A DNA stretch of 64,000 nt from a virus (lineage: Duplodnaviria > Caudoviricetes): the IMG/VR virus record IMGVR_UViG_3300044796_000401; one strand, written 5' to 3'. Made by a program: the position numbers and the translations under genes. The first letter of the stretch is position 1; each line of letters begins with the position of its first letter. Below the pieces are notes generated by a model. It did no database searches. It was given only the letters and a program-made list of their open reading frames with translations, and was not told where the DNA came from. This document shows, piece after piece, positions 53,923-62,129 of the stretch.

Positions 53923-55496
53923 TACCTAGCTCCCCCGAACAAGGATTTCTGCCCCAGCCGCAGCCTGTGGACAGGGACTTCATGGATGCCCAGCTTGCCC
54001 CAGTCCACCTTCACAAAGGTCGTCTGCGGCGCTTTCTTGTCGGGCAGGATTTCCAGCACCTTGCCCCGAGCATCGGGATTCGCGTCGAACCACACGCTGT
54101 CCCCGACCCCGATGTCTTCGAGCTTGGCGGCGAACTGAAGGCGGCGCTGGGGCGAAATGCCGAGCAGGATGTTGGCGGTGACGGTGCTTTCGTGCCCCCC
54201 GTCCCAATGCACGGTGGCATAGTTCTTCCCGACCTTCTCCACGGTGCCTTTCAACTCCATGTCCGCGAGCCAGCGGACCCTCATGCCTTTCTTGGCGTCG
54301 CGATGCTCTATGGCGGTGCGGGCCTTGGCGAGCTTTCCCCTTTCCCGCCGCACCAAGTCCCGTATCGCCGACAGGTCCTCGTCTTCTTCCGGAGACAGGA
54401 TTTCCCCGGGCTCAAGGGAGGACTTTTTCCTCGTGACCCAGTTCTTGATCTTGTTCCAGACGTTGCGCAGCTTCTCCATGTACGCGGGCGACTTCTTGCC
54501 GGGCTCTTTTATCTGCTTCCAAAGCCTGCCCAGCATGTCGGACGCGGACTCTTCCTCCTCCGGCTCCTTTTCGGTCTCGTATGGAAGCCCGGTGTGGATG
54601 TGCGGCTCGCCCTCCTCGTGCCGCCTTTTCTCCTCCTGCTTCGTCAGGTCCTCGATGTCGATCTCTTTCTCCTCGGGCTCCGTGGCTGGCTCCTTTTCCG
54701 GGGCTTCCTCCGGGACCTCGAATTCCTCCGGCTCCGGCTCCAGCGCCGGTCCTTCCCGTTCGACCACATCTTCATCGACCTTGCCCGGTGCCTTGCTTTG
54801 GTCCGTTAGCTCCTGCTCGTGCAAGAGGCGGGCCTGCTCCCCGCCCTCCAGTTCCTTGAGCAGCTTGTCCCTGACCTTCTTGTCCTTGATCTTCCGGATT
54901 TTCTCCAGTTCGTACTTCCGGCGCATCTCGTCCTGCTTCTTCCTGAGGCGCTCCGGGGTCTTGCGTTCCTCGTCCTTGTGGCGCTGGATTTCCCGCTCGC
55001 GCAATATTTTCACGATGTTGTGCTGCACGGACGGCAGGATGCGCTCGAAGACCGAGTGGACGTGCTTGCAGATCACGTAGTTCGCCCGGAGGTCGAGGCG
55101 CTCGGTCGGGGCGACGAGCTTCGGGCGCGGCGTGCCGAGCAGCCCGTCCTGCTGGTGGAGGTTCCACTGCGCCCCCCAGTACAAAAATGCCGGGCACGAA
55201 CAACTGACCTGAACGTCGAGGTCCGCCGCCTTCTGGGACTCCTGCACCTTCGTCACGTCGAACTGGATGCGCACGTCGTGGCCGGCGGGGTCGCTGTCTT
55301 TCTTGTTGCATTTCACATTGTAGTGGAGGAACAGCGCCTTGGGATTTGAGTCCAGCAGCTTTGGCGTACAGCCGGGGCGATACTTGAGACTAAACGCATT
55401 TGTACTCCGGATAATTTCGGGTAGCGTAATGGCCGTTTTTACATGTGGGTGTTTGTCCGCCAAAACCACAGGAATTGTGATGAAAAAGCCGTCCAT
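53922..55496 (-). CDS. SWIM-type Zn-finger protein with acidic linker and two C-terminal SH3/KOW-like modules
   Basis: VSCSCPAFLYWG...ICKH; GMRVRW...GTVEKV and VGDSVWF...GKVLEI. Confidence 0.65.
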   Translation of the reverse strand: MDGFFITIPVVLADKHPHVKTAITLPEIIRSTNAFSLKYRPGCTPKLLDSNPKALFLHYNVKCNKKDSDPAGHDVRIQFDVTKVQESQKAADLDVQVSCSCPAFLYWGAQWNLHQQDGLLGTPRPKLVAPTERLDLRANYVICKHVHSVFERILPSVQHNIVKILREREIQRHKDEERKTPERLRKKQDEMRRKYELEKIRKIKDKKVRDKLLKELEGGEQARLLHEQELTDQSKAPGKVDEDVVEREGPALEPEPEEFEVPEEAPEKEPATEPEEKEIDIEDLTKQEEKRRHEEGEPHIHTGLPYETEKEPEEEESASDMLGRLWKQIKEPGKKSPAYMEKLRNVWNKIKNWVTRKKSSLEPGEILSPEEDEDLSAIRDLVRRERGKLAKARTAIEHRDAKKGMRVRWLADMELKGTVEKVGKNYATVHWDGGHESTVTANILLGISPQRRLQFAAKLEDIGVGDSVWFDANPDARGKVLEILPDKKAPQTTFVKVDWGKLGIHEVPVHRLRLGQKSLFGGAR

Positions 55497-56233
55497 TAAG
55501 ACACCCGTCCCAGTTGCCAGCCCTGCTCTATATAGGCATTCAAAAGACTGGTGGGCACCATCATTGTCTCAGTTTCGCGATGAATCCACCTTTTTCCGTA
55601 GCTGGGGTTGCTTTCTCCTGATAAAGCCTTGCTCAAGTTTTGACAGTGAATCTCAGAGAACTCCAGCCCTTTATGCGCCTCGCTCAACTTGTGTCGATGC
55701 TCTTCTGAAAGTACCTTGCCTTGATGTGCATATCTGATTTTTTCGCGATGTTCTGCGGAAAGTTTCTTGCCTCGTTGGGCTTCCCCTATCTTACGTCGAG
55801 TCTCTTCACTACGTGGCTTGCCCCAATGGGGACTATTTGATCCTCGTTTCGAATCTCCGATGTGCCTGCAATGTTCCTCAGAAAGCTTTTTTCCAAGGCG
55901 AACTTCGCTCATTCTACGACGCGTTTCTTCAGTCACAAGAGACGCACCCTCACCGCCAAGCGTCATATTGTAGCCTTTTTCTGGTTCATGGGATTGGTGC
56001 GAAAGGATGAAATGAGTCTCCATTTTCGCCAATTCATCAACGTCCTTAGCGTGATAGATCACCTCTCGTGTGAACGCTTTGGGACCGTACTTACGAATGG
56101 CGCGGGCGAAATGGAATTGACCGCCTTGGTTAGCAGCGTTGCGATGCCATTTCCATCGTTTGGATAGCGAGGTCGTTGTCTTCCCGATATAGACTTTGCC
56201 GTTTATTTTGTTGGTGATCTTATAAATCAGCAC
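55496..56233 (-). CDS. GIY-YIG homing endonuclease with NUMOD3 repeats
   Basis: LIYKITNKINGKVYIGKT, GYNMTLGGEG and several SEE(T/H)R repeats. Confidence 0.9.
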   Translation of the reverse strand: MLIYKITNKINGKVYIGKTTTSLSKRWKWHRNAANQGGQFHFARAIRKYGPKAFTREVIYHAKDVDELAKMETHFILSHQSHEPEKGYNMTLGGEGASLVTEETRRRMSEVRLGKKLSEEHCRHIGDSKRGSNSPHWGKPRSEETRRKIGEAQRGKKLSAEHREKIRYAHQGKVLSEEHRHKLSEAHKGLEFSEIHCQNLSKALSGESNPSYGKRWIHRETETMMVPTSLLNAYIEQGWQLGRVS

Positions 56234-56272
56234 ACCGAAGCCCCTACAATAAGGTTCGGTAGATAAATACTT

Positions 56273-56605
56273 TCAGAAGCTCCAAGGATTGGCGTTGCCT
56301 TCCCCGTAAAACACGATCTTGATTCGACTTAGGTCCCCGGCGTAGAGGCCCATCACGATGGCCCTGCGGATGACAGTCACCTTGCAGAATTTCCGGTACC
56401 CGGAAACCGTTCGGCTGCCCTTCACATTGTTGCAGCGGTTGCAGGCGGGAAGCAGATTATTATCGCGATTCTTCCCGCCGCGGGAGCGGGGAAGGGCATG
56501 GTCCACCGTGAGGTCGTCGGGATCGGGAAAATGCCCGCAGTACCAACAACGGCCGTCGCATTTGCTTGCGGTGTGAGCCCATTGGGTTTTCCGGGGAGTT
56601 CGCAT
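56273..56605 (-). CDS. HNH endonuclease
   Basis: CWYCG...LTVDHALPRSRGG...NLLPACNRCNNVK. Confidence 0.88.
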   Translation of the reverse strand: MRTPRKTQWAHTASKCDGRCWYCGHFPDPDDLTVDHALPRSRGGKNRDNNLLPACNRCNNVKGSRTVSGYRKFCKVTVIRRAIVMGLYAGDLSRIKIVFYGEGNANPWSF

Positions 56606-56607
56606 GG

Positions 56608-56850
56608 CTATTGGCGTAGGTGGTAAACTTCGGGTTCGCCTTCAATCCGCACGATGTCCCCCGCACACAGAGCCTCTGCGCCGGGAACCTGTTCGCCGCC
56701 GGGATAAAGCAGGCGGTACGCTAGGCAACAGCACGAAATCGTGCCACGCCCGTGCTTGCCGAGGTTCATAACGGCATTGTGGGTGTCCAGCCAGCGATGG
56801 CACGTGTTGCAATGATCAACAACCCAAGGGATGCTTTTACAGGTCCGCAC
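56608..56850 (-). CDS. hypothetical protein
   Basis: Fills the gap in the operon; start uncertain. Confidence 0.4.
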   Translation of the reverse strand: MRTCKSIPWVVDHCNTCHRWLDTHNAVMNLGKHGRGTISCCCLAYRLLYPGGEQVPGAEALCAGDIVRIEGEPEVYHLRQ

Positions 56851-57256
56851 CCTTCTCCGGTTCCTTCTCGGCTTCCGGCCGGGGCTCCGGCTCCTTGGGT
56901 GCCGCCTTGGGCGGCTTCTTGGCTTCCTTGCGGGCTTCCTTTTCGGGCACGGCGTCCTTCTGCTTGAACTCCGGCACGGGGGCTGGAGTAGCCTTCCTTG
57001 GGGCTTCGGGGGCTCTGGGAGACGCCGGAACGGCGGCGGGGCGCTGGGAGACCAGCAATTCGGAGACGAAGCCCTGCTTGAGCAGCGCGGCCATGCCGAG
57101 GGCCGTCTGGGTAATTGCTTTGACGATCTCCCCGTTCCGATACACGGTCAGCTTGTTCCCGTTCGCCGTGTCGTGGACCAGTATGTCGCCGACGCGCACG
57201 AAGAACCCGAAATTTGCGAAATTGATGGAAGATTTGACTACAAAGGATTTTTGCAC
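56837..57256 (-). CDS. hypothetical protein with Pro/Lys/Glu-rich tail
   Basis: GTG start behind TAAGTAGGGGAAGG; phage-like codon use. Confidence 0.65.
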   Translation of the reverse strand: MQKSFVVKSSINFANFGFFVRVGDILVHDTANGNKLTVYRNGEIVKAITQTALGMAALLKQGFVSELLVSQRPAAVPASPRAPEAPRKATPAPVPEFKQKDAVPEKEARKEAKKPPKAAPKEPEPRPEAEKEPEKGADL

Positions 57257-57274
57257 GCTCGGACCTTCCCCTAC

Positions 57275-58477
57275 TTAGATACTGAAATTGACCGTTTTGT
57301 CGGCTTTCTTCTTGGCGTGAAACGCTTTCAAGCTCTCGGAACGCTTGAGCTTGGTCGCTTCCGACTGTGTTTTGCCTTCAAGGGACCGGGATATTTTGTC
57401 ACGGGTTGCGGCGTCCCGTTCCTTGCCGTATGTCCAATGCTGTTCCCTACGCGGGCGGGCGGCATCAAGCGCAGCCACGGCGTTGGGATTAGCGGTGTAG
57501 AATTCCTTGTGCGACTCGGACATTTTTTCCTTCGTTTCCTCGGAATGAAATTTGCCGCCCATCGGTCCCAATGTTCCATACCATGGGTTGTTTTCACCAA
57601 GGCGGGCACCAGAATCCTTTAGTTTTTGCTTGGCTTCCTCGGACCAATTCCAATGCTTGCCTTTGGCGAGACCTTGATGTACCGGATGTTCGGGGGGTTT
57701 AGGAATACCAGTCAATTTCTTGCGGATTTTGCCTTTGGTCTTCTCGTCCCGTTCCTTGCCGTGCAGCCAGTGTTCTTCGCCGCGCGGCATATAAGAATAA
57801 GCATTGTCACCTTTGGCTTTTTCTTCTTCGTGACGCTGCGTTGTTTTCTTCCTGATAGCTCTGCGTGACTCTTTGGTATGGAATTGCGCCCTACCTATCT
57901 GGTATCCCTGTTCAAGATAGGCGGGAACTTCCTTGGTTGGCACACGGTAAGACTCAGAACCCCTGAAGACCCATTGCCGGGGAGGGGCGGTCTGCGTCCA
58001 ACCCGAATCCAAATAGCGTTGAAGCTGGTTTGCGGGAATGATGGTGCGGGAACTCTTTCCTTTGTAGACGTGCAGCCATCCGTCGATGGAATCCAGCTTC
58101 GCGCACATTCTTGCAAACGCACTAGATATTTCCCGCAGCAAAGCTTCGTCATATCCGCTTTGAGCAAGCAGATTGAAACGACTGTGACTGCACATCTTGA
58201 GGAAAGACAAATAAGCGACGGGATGTTTGGGCAGCGCCCGATACAGATAGTAGTGGGCGACAAGGTGGTCGGCGGGAGACAAAGGCTTGCAATTCCATGG
58301 ATGCTTCTTTAAGGAGACGAATTCGGGAAACATGGCACGGGGCAAAATGTGATGGTGGTGGCAGCGGCCCATTGAGGGGTGTTCTCGCGGCGACAGAGCT
58401 TGTTCGATGAACGTCAAATAAACGTCCGTCCAAATCGGATCAGGGAATAGGGATAACAGTTGTTCTCGTATGTCCAT
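57275..58477 (-). CDS. HNH-type (HHILP) homing endonuclease with NUMOD3 repeats
   Basis: HHHILPRAMFPEF...N...HLVAHYYL; GENNPWYG, HSEETKEKMSESH and QSEATK. Paralog of 60612..61523. Confidence 0.75.
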   Translation of the reverse strand: MDIREQLLSLFPDPIWTDVYLTFIEQALSPREHPSMGRCHHHHILPRAMFPEFVSLKKHPWNCKPLSPADHLVAHYYLYRALPKHPVAYLSFLKMCSHSRFNLLAQSGYDEALLREISSAFARMCAKLDSIDGWLHVYKGKSSRTIIPANQLQRYLDSGWTQTAPPRQWVFRGSESYRVPTKEVPAYLEQGYQIGRAQFHTKESRRAIRKKTTQRHEEEKAKGDNAYSYMPRGEEHWLHGKERDEKTKGKIRKKLTGIPKPPEHPVHQGLAKGKHWNWSEEAKQKLKDSGARLGENNPWYGTLGPMGGKFHSEETKEKMSESHKEFYTANPNAVAALDAARPRREQHWTYGKERDAATRDKISRSLEGKTQSEATKLKRSESLKAFHAKKKADKTVNFSI

Positions 58478-58566
58478 GGTCTATAATACCCGGCCTTTCA
58501 TGAAATAAGTATAGACTAGAACAAAGTTTGTGTCAAGGAGAAAGTAGCGAGGATTTATTCACGGGC

Positions 58567-58603
58567 AAAAGAAAACGGCTGACTTTTTAAGGTCAGCCGT
58601 TTT
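58567..58603 (-). terminator. Rho-independent terminator after the capsid gene
   Basis: AAAACGGCTGAC/GTCAGCCGTTTT inverted repeat with a T-tract on the minus strand. Confidence 0.8.
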
Positions 58604-58631
58604 GAAGTTAAATCGTTGAAAACTAAGGAAC

Positions 58632-59591
58632 TTAGTTTTCCCCGACGTTGGCAGTCGAAGCGTAGCGTCCGTTGACGTGAAGCGCCTGAATGCCACTTGG
58701 GTTGAAGACGAGGAAGCCGAGGTTTTCAAATATGCTAAATCCTATTTGACGAAGGTCCGGACGATCCGCCGACATGACTGTCAGAGGAATACGTTCGGGG
58801 ATCACACCGAGGAACTCGGCGTCCGCCAGGATGTAGATCGAGCCGTAGCCGACCTTACGGGACTGGAGGAGCGTTGCGCCCCAGAGATAGCCCATGACAC
58901 CTGTCTTGAGCAGCTTGCGCTGAGTTTCCCTGTCGATGTTCTGTTGGGTCCACTTCAACAGGTCCGTGTAGTCGCGGGGGTTGAAGAAGACGAATGCCAC
59001 CGAGAGGTCGTGGCGCTGCACCTGCCCAAAACCGTCTGCCATCGAGTTGATGTCGATGGGGGCGTTGATGGCGATGCTCACGTTGTAAACCGGGTCGTTG
59101 GCCGACTTTGCGTTGGCGGCGGTAGCCACGGCGTCAAAGAGCCCGAAGACGTATCCGTCTTCCTGCGCGCCAACTTCGGCCTTAGCCAAGTTGAGCGAGC
59201 GGGCGACGAGATCGAACCTGCGTTCCTTGATCTGGGTGATCGGAATCATCGGGTTGGAGACGATTTCGAAGGTGGGAACAGTGACACGCTTCGGCTTGGT
59301 GACGCGGACGATGTCCCCGCCCTCTTCGCCGACGACGAATGCTTCCACGAAGGACGAGCCCGGCGTTGAGCCGACCGTCATCGCGGAAGTGTCAAATTCC
59401 TTGTCGTAGATGGGCAATGCGCCATCCGGCAGCGTTTCGACCATGAGCGCCTTGCGGGCGATACTCATGTAGTCGCGACGGCGACGGAGGGAAGGACCGA
59501 GAGAAGCAGCGAGCTTCTGGCGGCCGCCAGCGGTCTTGAGAAGCTGACCGAGCATTGCGGTTTGCTGTTGTGTGCGAGATAGATTAGCCAT
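58632..59591 (-). CDS. major capsid protein (HK97-like fold inferred)
   Basis: 319 aa, downstream of scaffold-like and decoration-like genes, with its own terminator. Pattern RKALMVETLPDGALPIYD...PTFEIVSNPMIP...RRFD...EVGAQED...ENLG is typical of large-phage capsids. Confidence 0.8.
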   Translation of the reverse strand: MANLSRTQQQTAMLGQLLKTAGGRQKLAASLGPSLRRRRDYMSIARKALMVETLPDGALPIYDKEFDTSAMTVGSTPGSSFVEAFVVGEEGGDIVRVTKPKRVTVPTFEIVSNPMIPITQIKERRFDLVARSLNLAKAEVGAQEDGYVFGLFDAVATAANAKSANDPVYNVSIAINAPIDINSMADGFGQVQRHDLSVAFVFFNPRDYTDLLKWTQQNIDRETQRKLLKTGVMGYLWGATLLQSRKVGYGSIYILADAEFLGVIPERIPLTVMSADRPDLRQIGFSIFENLGFLVFNPSGIQALHVNGRYASTANVGEN

Positions 59592-59611
59592 AGTAGTTTC
59601 CTAGTCTCCCT

Positions 59612-60431
59612 TTAGAGCAAGCTCGCAACGCCGAGCCAAGGCTCGCCGCTGGTTGGAACGTGGGTGCAAATGCCGACGGGAACTGCGACACCTGTGCCGC
59701 CGTCATTGCTACCCTCGGAGTCGGTGATGGAAACGTACAATCCAGCGCGCTTGGCAGTGCTGCCACCGCAATAGACGTACGATCCAACTGCGAAGTTGGT
59801 GGTGGTTCCGCCATAGGCTTGAGAGTCCACGTTGCCTTGCCACAGGGCGCGGACAACAGGGGCTTTCTTGGAACCGGATGGGCCGATGGCTCCAGCAAAT
59901 TCGCCGGGACCATTGAGTAGGGTTGCGAACGGGACATGGCCAACGGTGCTTGCAGCAGCACGGTCACAGGGGACGATGTTGCCGATAGTACCGAATGCAG
60001 GCTCATTAGCGGTCTGGATCACATAGGTGGCACCGTTGCCTGAGTACCCAGTTACGGTAGAGGTCAAGGCAACGATTGTGCCGCCAAGATAGCCAGCGGT
60101 TGTGAGGCTCTGTTGGTCGGTTCCCGGATCGCCAGAGAGCGCGATGGCAGGCGTAACGTTCACGCTGTCATTTTGCCCGTAATCATTTTGAGGGGCATTT
60201 GTTACCAGCGTTGCTGGGACAGGTCATTTCTGCCTATCTCTCACGGTTTTTATTCCCGTAATGTTCGGACTATCGCATCACCCGGTCTGGGTGCCCTCTC
60301 ACTTAGTCTCTCAGGCTGCCTTTCGGCTTGCCCCTTGTTGGCGTTTCAGCGTTCAAGTCAATCAGAGAAGGTTGTTTTCCCTTGGATTCCGCCAAGGAGA
60401 CCCATTACGTTTAGGTCAGTTTTAGTGACAT
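59612..60431 (-). CDS. capsid-associated (decoration-like) protein, 196 aa after splicing: join(60413..60431, 59612..60183)
   Basis: Exon 1 ATG TCA CTA AAA CTG ACC T joined to exon 2 AT TAC GGG CAA gives MSLKLTYYGQNDSVNVTP in frame. GGAG SD upstream of 60431. Confidence 0.8.
60184..60412 (-). mobile_element. group I intron, 229 nt, no internal ORF
   Basis: P1 GACCU/GGGUC with U.G at the 5' splice site; P10 CGUAAU/AUUACG; P7 GACUA (60304-60308)/UAGUC (60268-60272); S-like GCGAUAGUCCGAAC; terminal G at 60184. Confidence 0.9.
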
Positions 60432-60541
60432 ATTGGTTGGTTTCTCCAGTTAAAGTTGAAACTTGAACGTTTAATTTGCCCCTCCAATCCGGCCTCTTTT
60501 GGGAGAGGGTAGGACTATAGAAGAACACGTTCAATGAAGGA

Positions 60542-60564
60542 TTGAGAAAAATCATTTTTCTCAA
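60542..60564. promoter_or_regulatory. perfect palindrome TTGAGAAAAAT-C-ATTTTTCTCAA (operator or hairpin)
   Basis: 11-bp arms, lying between divergent genes. Confidence 0.45.
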
Positions 60565-60611
60565 AACTAACGATTTTGTCGTTTTGGCACTTTTTGGGGT
60601 ATTATATAGAT

Positions 60612-61523
60612 ATGCAAATAGATAGCCACCTCAAAGGGGTCTTGCAGGCCAAAGTCCCAGACACGGATTTCACAAGATATTTTGGTTTTCTCGAATCTTG
60701 CTCGTGCGATGAGCATGGCGAACGTCATCACATATTGCCGAAGACGGAATTTCCGGAGTATAAAACCCATCCGAGCAACATTGTCCGGATTTCTGTTGCC
60801 AGCCATCTCTATGCCCACTATTGGCTGGCCGTCTGCGCCCCCGATTGCAGAGCATTCCAAAGGGCCTTTTTTCTGATGGCGAGAGTGGATCACACGGATA
60901 TTAATGCAAGTTCCTTGCCCGAATATGCTGCGGTTCTGAAGCGGGGGAGGCTGGCCCAGAAACAGCCATGGACGCGGCAGCGCCGAAGACGGCAATCCGG
61001 CATCGCAACGAAAGTAAATGCGGTCGAGAACTCAAAACTCCGGGATCGAAAATGCCTGTACTGCGGACAAGAATTCAAGCGGGTTACCAAGGGGGAATTC
61101 GGCGGCCATCGCCGCTTCTGCCTGCATTACAAAGACAAGGAAGTTTCTGTCCGTCCGTTTGTTGTCTTGACGAGTATGAAGGTCAAGCGATGCGGCAAGT
61201 GCGGCAAGGAAAAGTTGTTGGACGCTTTCAATGTAGAACGCAAAGCACGGCTTGGCCGGGCGAATTATTGCCGAGACTGCGCCCACGAGCACCGCAAGAC
61301 CCCCAGTGCATCACAACTGCATGATTTCGTGTGCCCGGATTGCGGTCGAGACTTCAAGCAGGTAAAGCCGGGCGTTTATGGCGGACATCGGCGAAGCTGT
61401 TTGAATTACGGCGCTAGGCGGCAAGAATTTGAGTCTTGGAGTGGTTCTGCCCAAGAATTCGCAAACACGCATAGCCTGCCGTTGCAGACTGTACGGCGCT
61501 GGGAAAACAGCCCCCTCAACTAG
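60612..61523 (+). CDS. HNH-type (HHILP) homing endonuclease with Zn-finger/HTH tail
   Basis: ERHHILPKTEFPEY...N...HLYAHYWL, several CxxC motifs and a C-terminal HTH. Start re-called at M13. Confidence 0.75.
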   Translation: MQIDSHLKGVLQAKVPDTDFTRYFGFLESCSCDEHGERHHILPKTEFPEYKTHPSNIVRISVASHLYAHYWLAVCAPDCRAFQRAFFLMARVDHTDINASSLPEYAAVLKRGRLAQKQPWTRQRRRRQSGIATKVNAVENSKLRDRKCLYCGQEFKRVTKGEFGGHRRFCLHYKDKEVSVRPFVVLTSMKVKRCGKCGKEKLLDAFNVERKARLGRANYCRDCAHEHRKTPSASQLHDFVCPDCGRDFKQVKPGVYGGHRRSCLNYGARRQEFESWSGSAQEFANTHSLPLQTVRRWENSPLN

Positions 61524-62041
61524 CAGCCCGACTTTGGCGTGCCCGGATTGTTCTCGGACGGCCGGAACCCCTTGTAGTCGGGGCCGTCCCGGATGACGTT
61601 CAACCAGTCCTTGAACAGGGGGAAATGCAGGAAGTAGTTGCCGAGGAACTCGATCCAATATCCTTGCACCGGCTCGTACCCGGCGTTCAACAGCGTGATC
61701 TTGCCCTTGGCGACCGGGGGCGGCGGGATGGGGTTGACCCCCATCATCAGCATGCGGGCCGCGGAAAATGCCGTTGGCGGCGGCGGTATCTGGGACAACT
61801 GCGCCCACTCCTCCGAACGGTTAGCATAGGTCATCAGGAAATTCTTGAAGCAGGTCGGCTCGTCGAGGTTGCTGGTCCAGCCGACCACGAAAAGGTCGTT
61901 GCCGAACAGCACGGTTGTCTGCACCTTGGCGAGGATTCCGGTCACGGCCAGGATCGCCCGGTGCCCGTCCAGTATGTTCAGATACGGGCCGGTAACGATT
62001 CTCGTCGGACCCATTTTCAGGGAAAGAATGATGCCTGGCAT
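61520..62041 (-). CDS. hypothetical protein
   Basis: GAGG SD and a promoter-like CCCTAAGTGAGG upstream. Confidence 0.7.
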   Translation of the reverse strand: MPGIILSLKMGPTRIVTGPYLNILDGHRAILAVTGILAKVQTTVLFGNDLFVVGWTSNLDEPTCFKNFLMTYANRSEEWAQLSQIPPPPTAFSAARMLMMGVNPIPPPPVAKGKITLLNAGYEPVQGYWIEFLGNYFLHFPLFKDWLNVIRDGPDYKGFRPSENNPGTPKSGC

Positions 62042-62069
62042 GGTTCCTCACTTAGGGAACGAATAGGCA

Positions 62070-62102
62070 AATAAAAAGCCCCGATCTTTCAACCGGGGCT
62101 TC
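62070..62102 (-). terminator. Rho-independent terminator
   Basis: AAGCCCCG...CGGGGCTT followed by TTTATT on the minus strand. Confidence 0.75.
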
Positions 62103-62129
62103 TCAGTAGTGTTAGGTTTAGGTTTAGAG

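Noticed and set aside
60164-60200. Apparent frameshift joining ATGCCCCTCAAAATG to the YGQND frame
   Set aside because: Fully explained by the group I intron 3' splice site at 60184/60183.
60298-60310. CTAAGTGAGAGGG as another copy of the promoter motif
   Set aside because: It is the P7/P3 region of the intron.
60358-60564. 68-aa minus-strand ORF
   Set aside because: Runs across exon 1 and the intron 5' end in another frame; no RBS or motifs.
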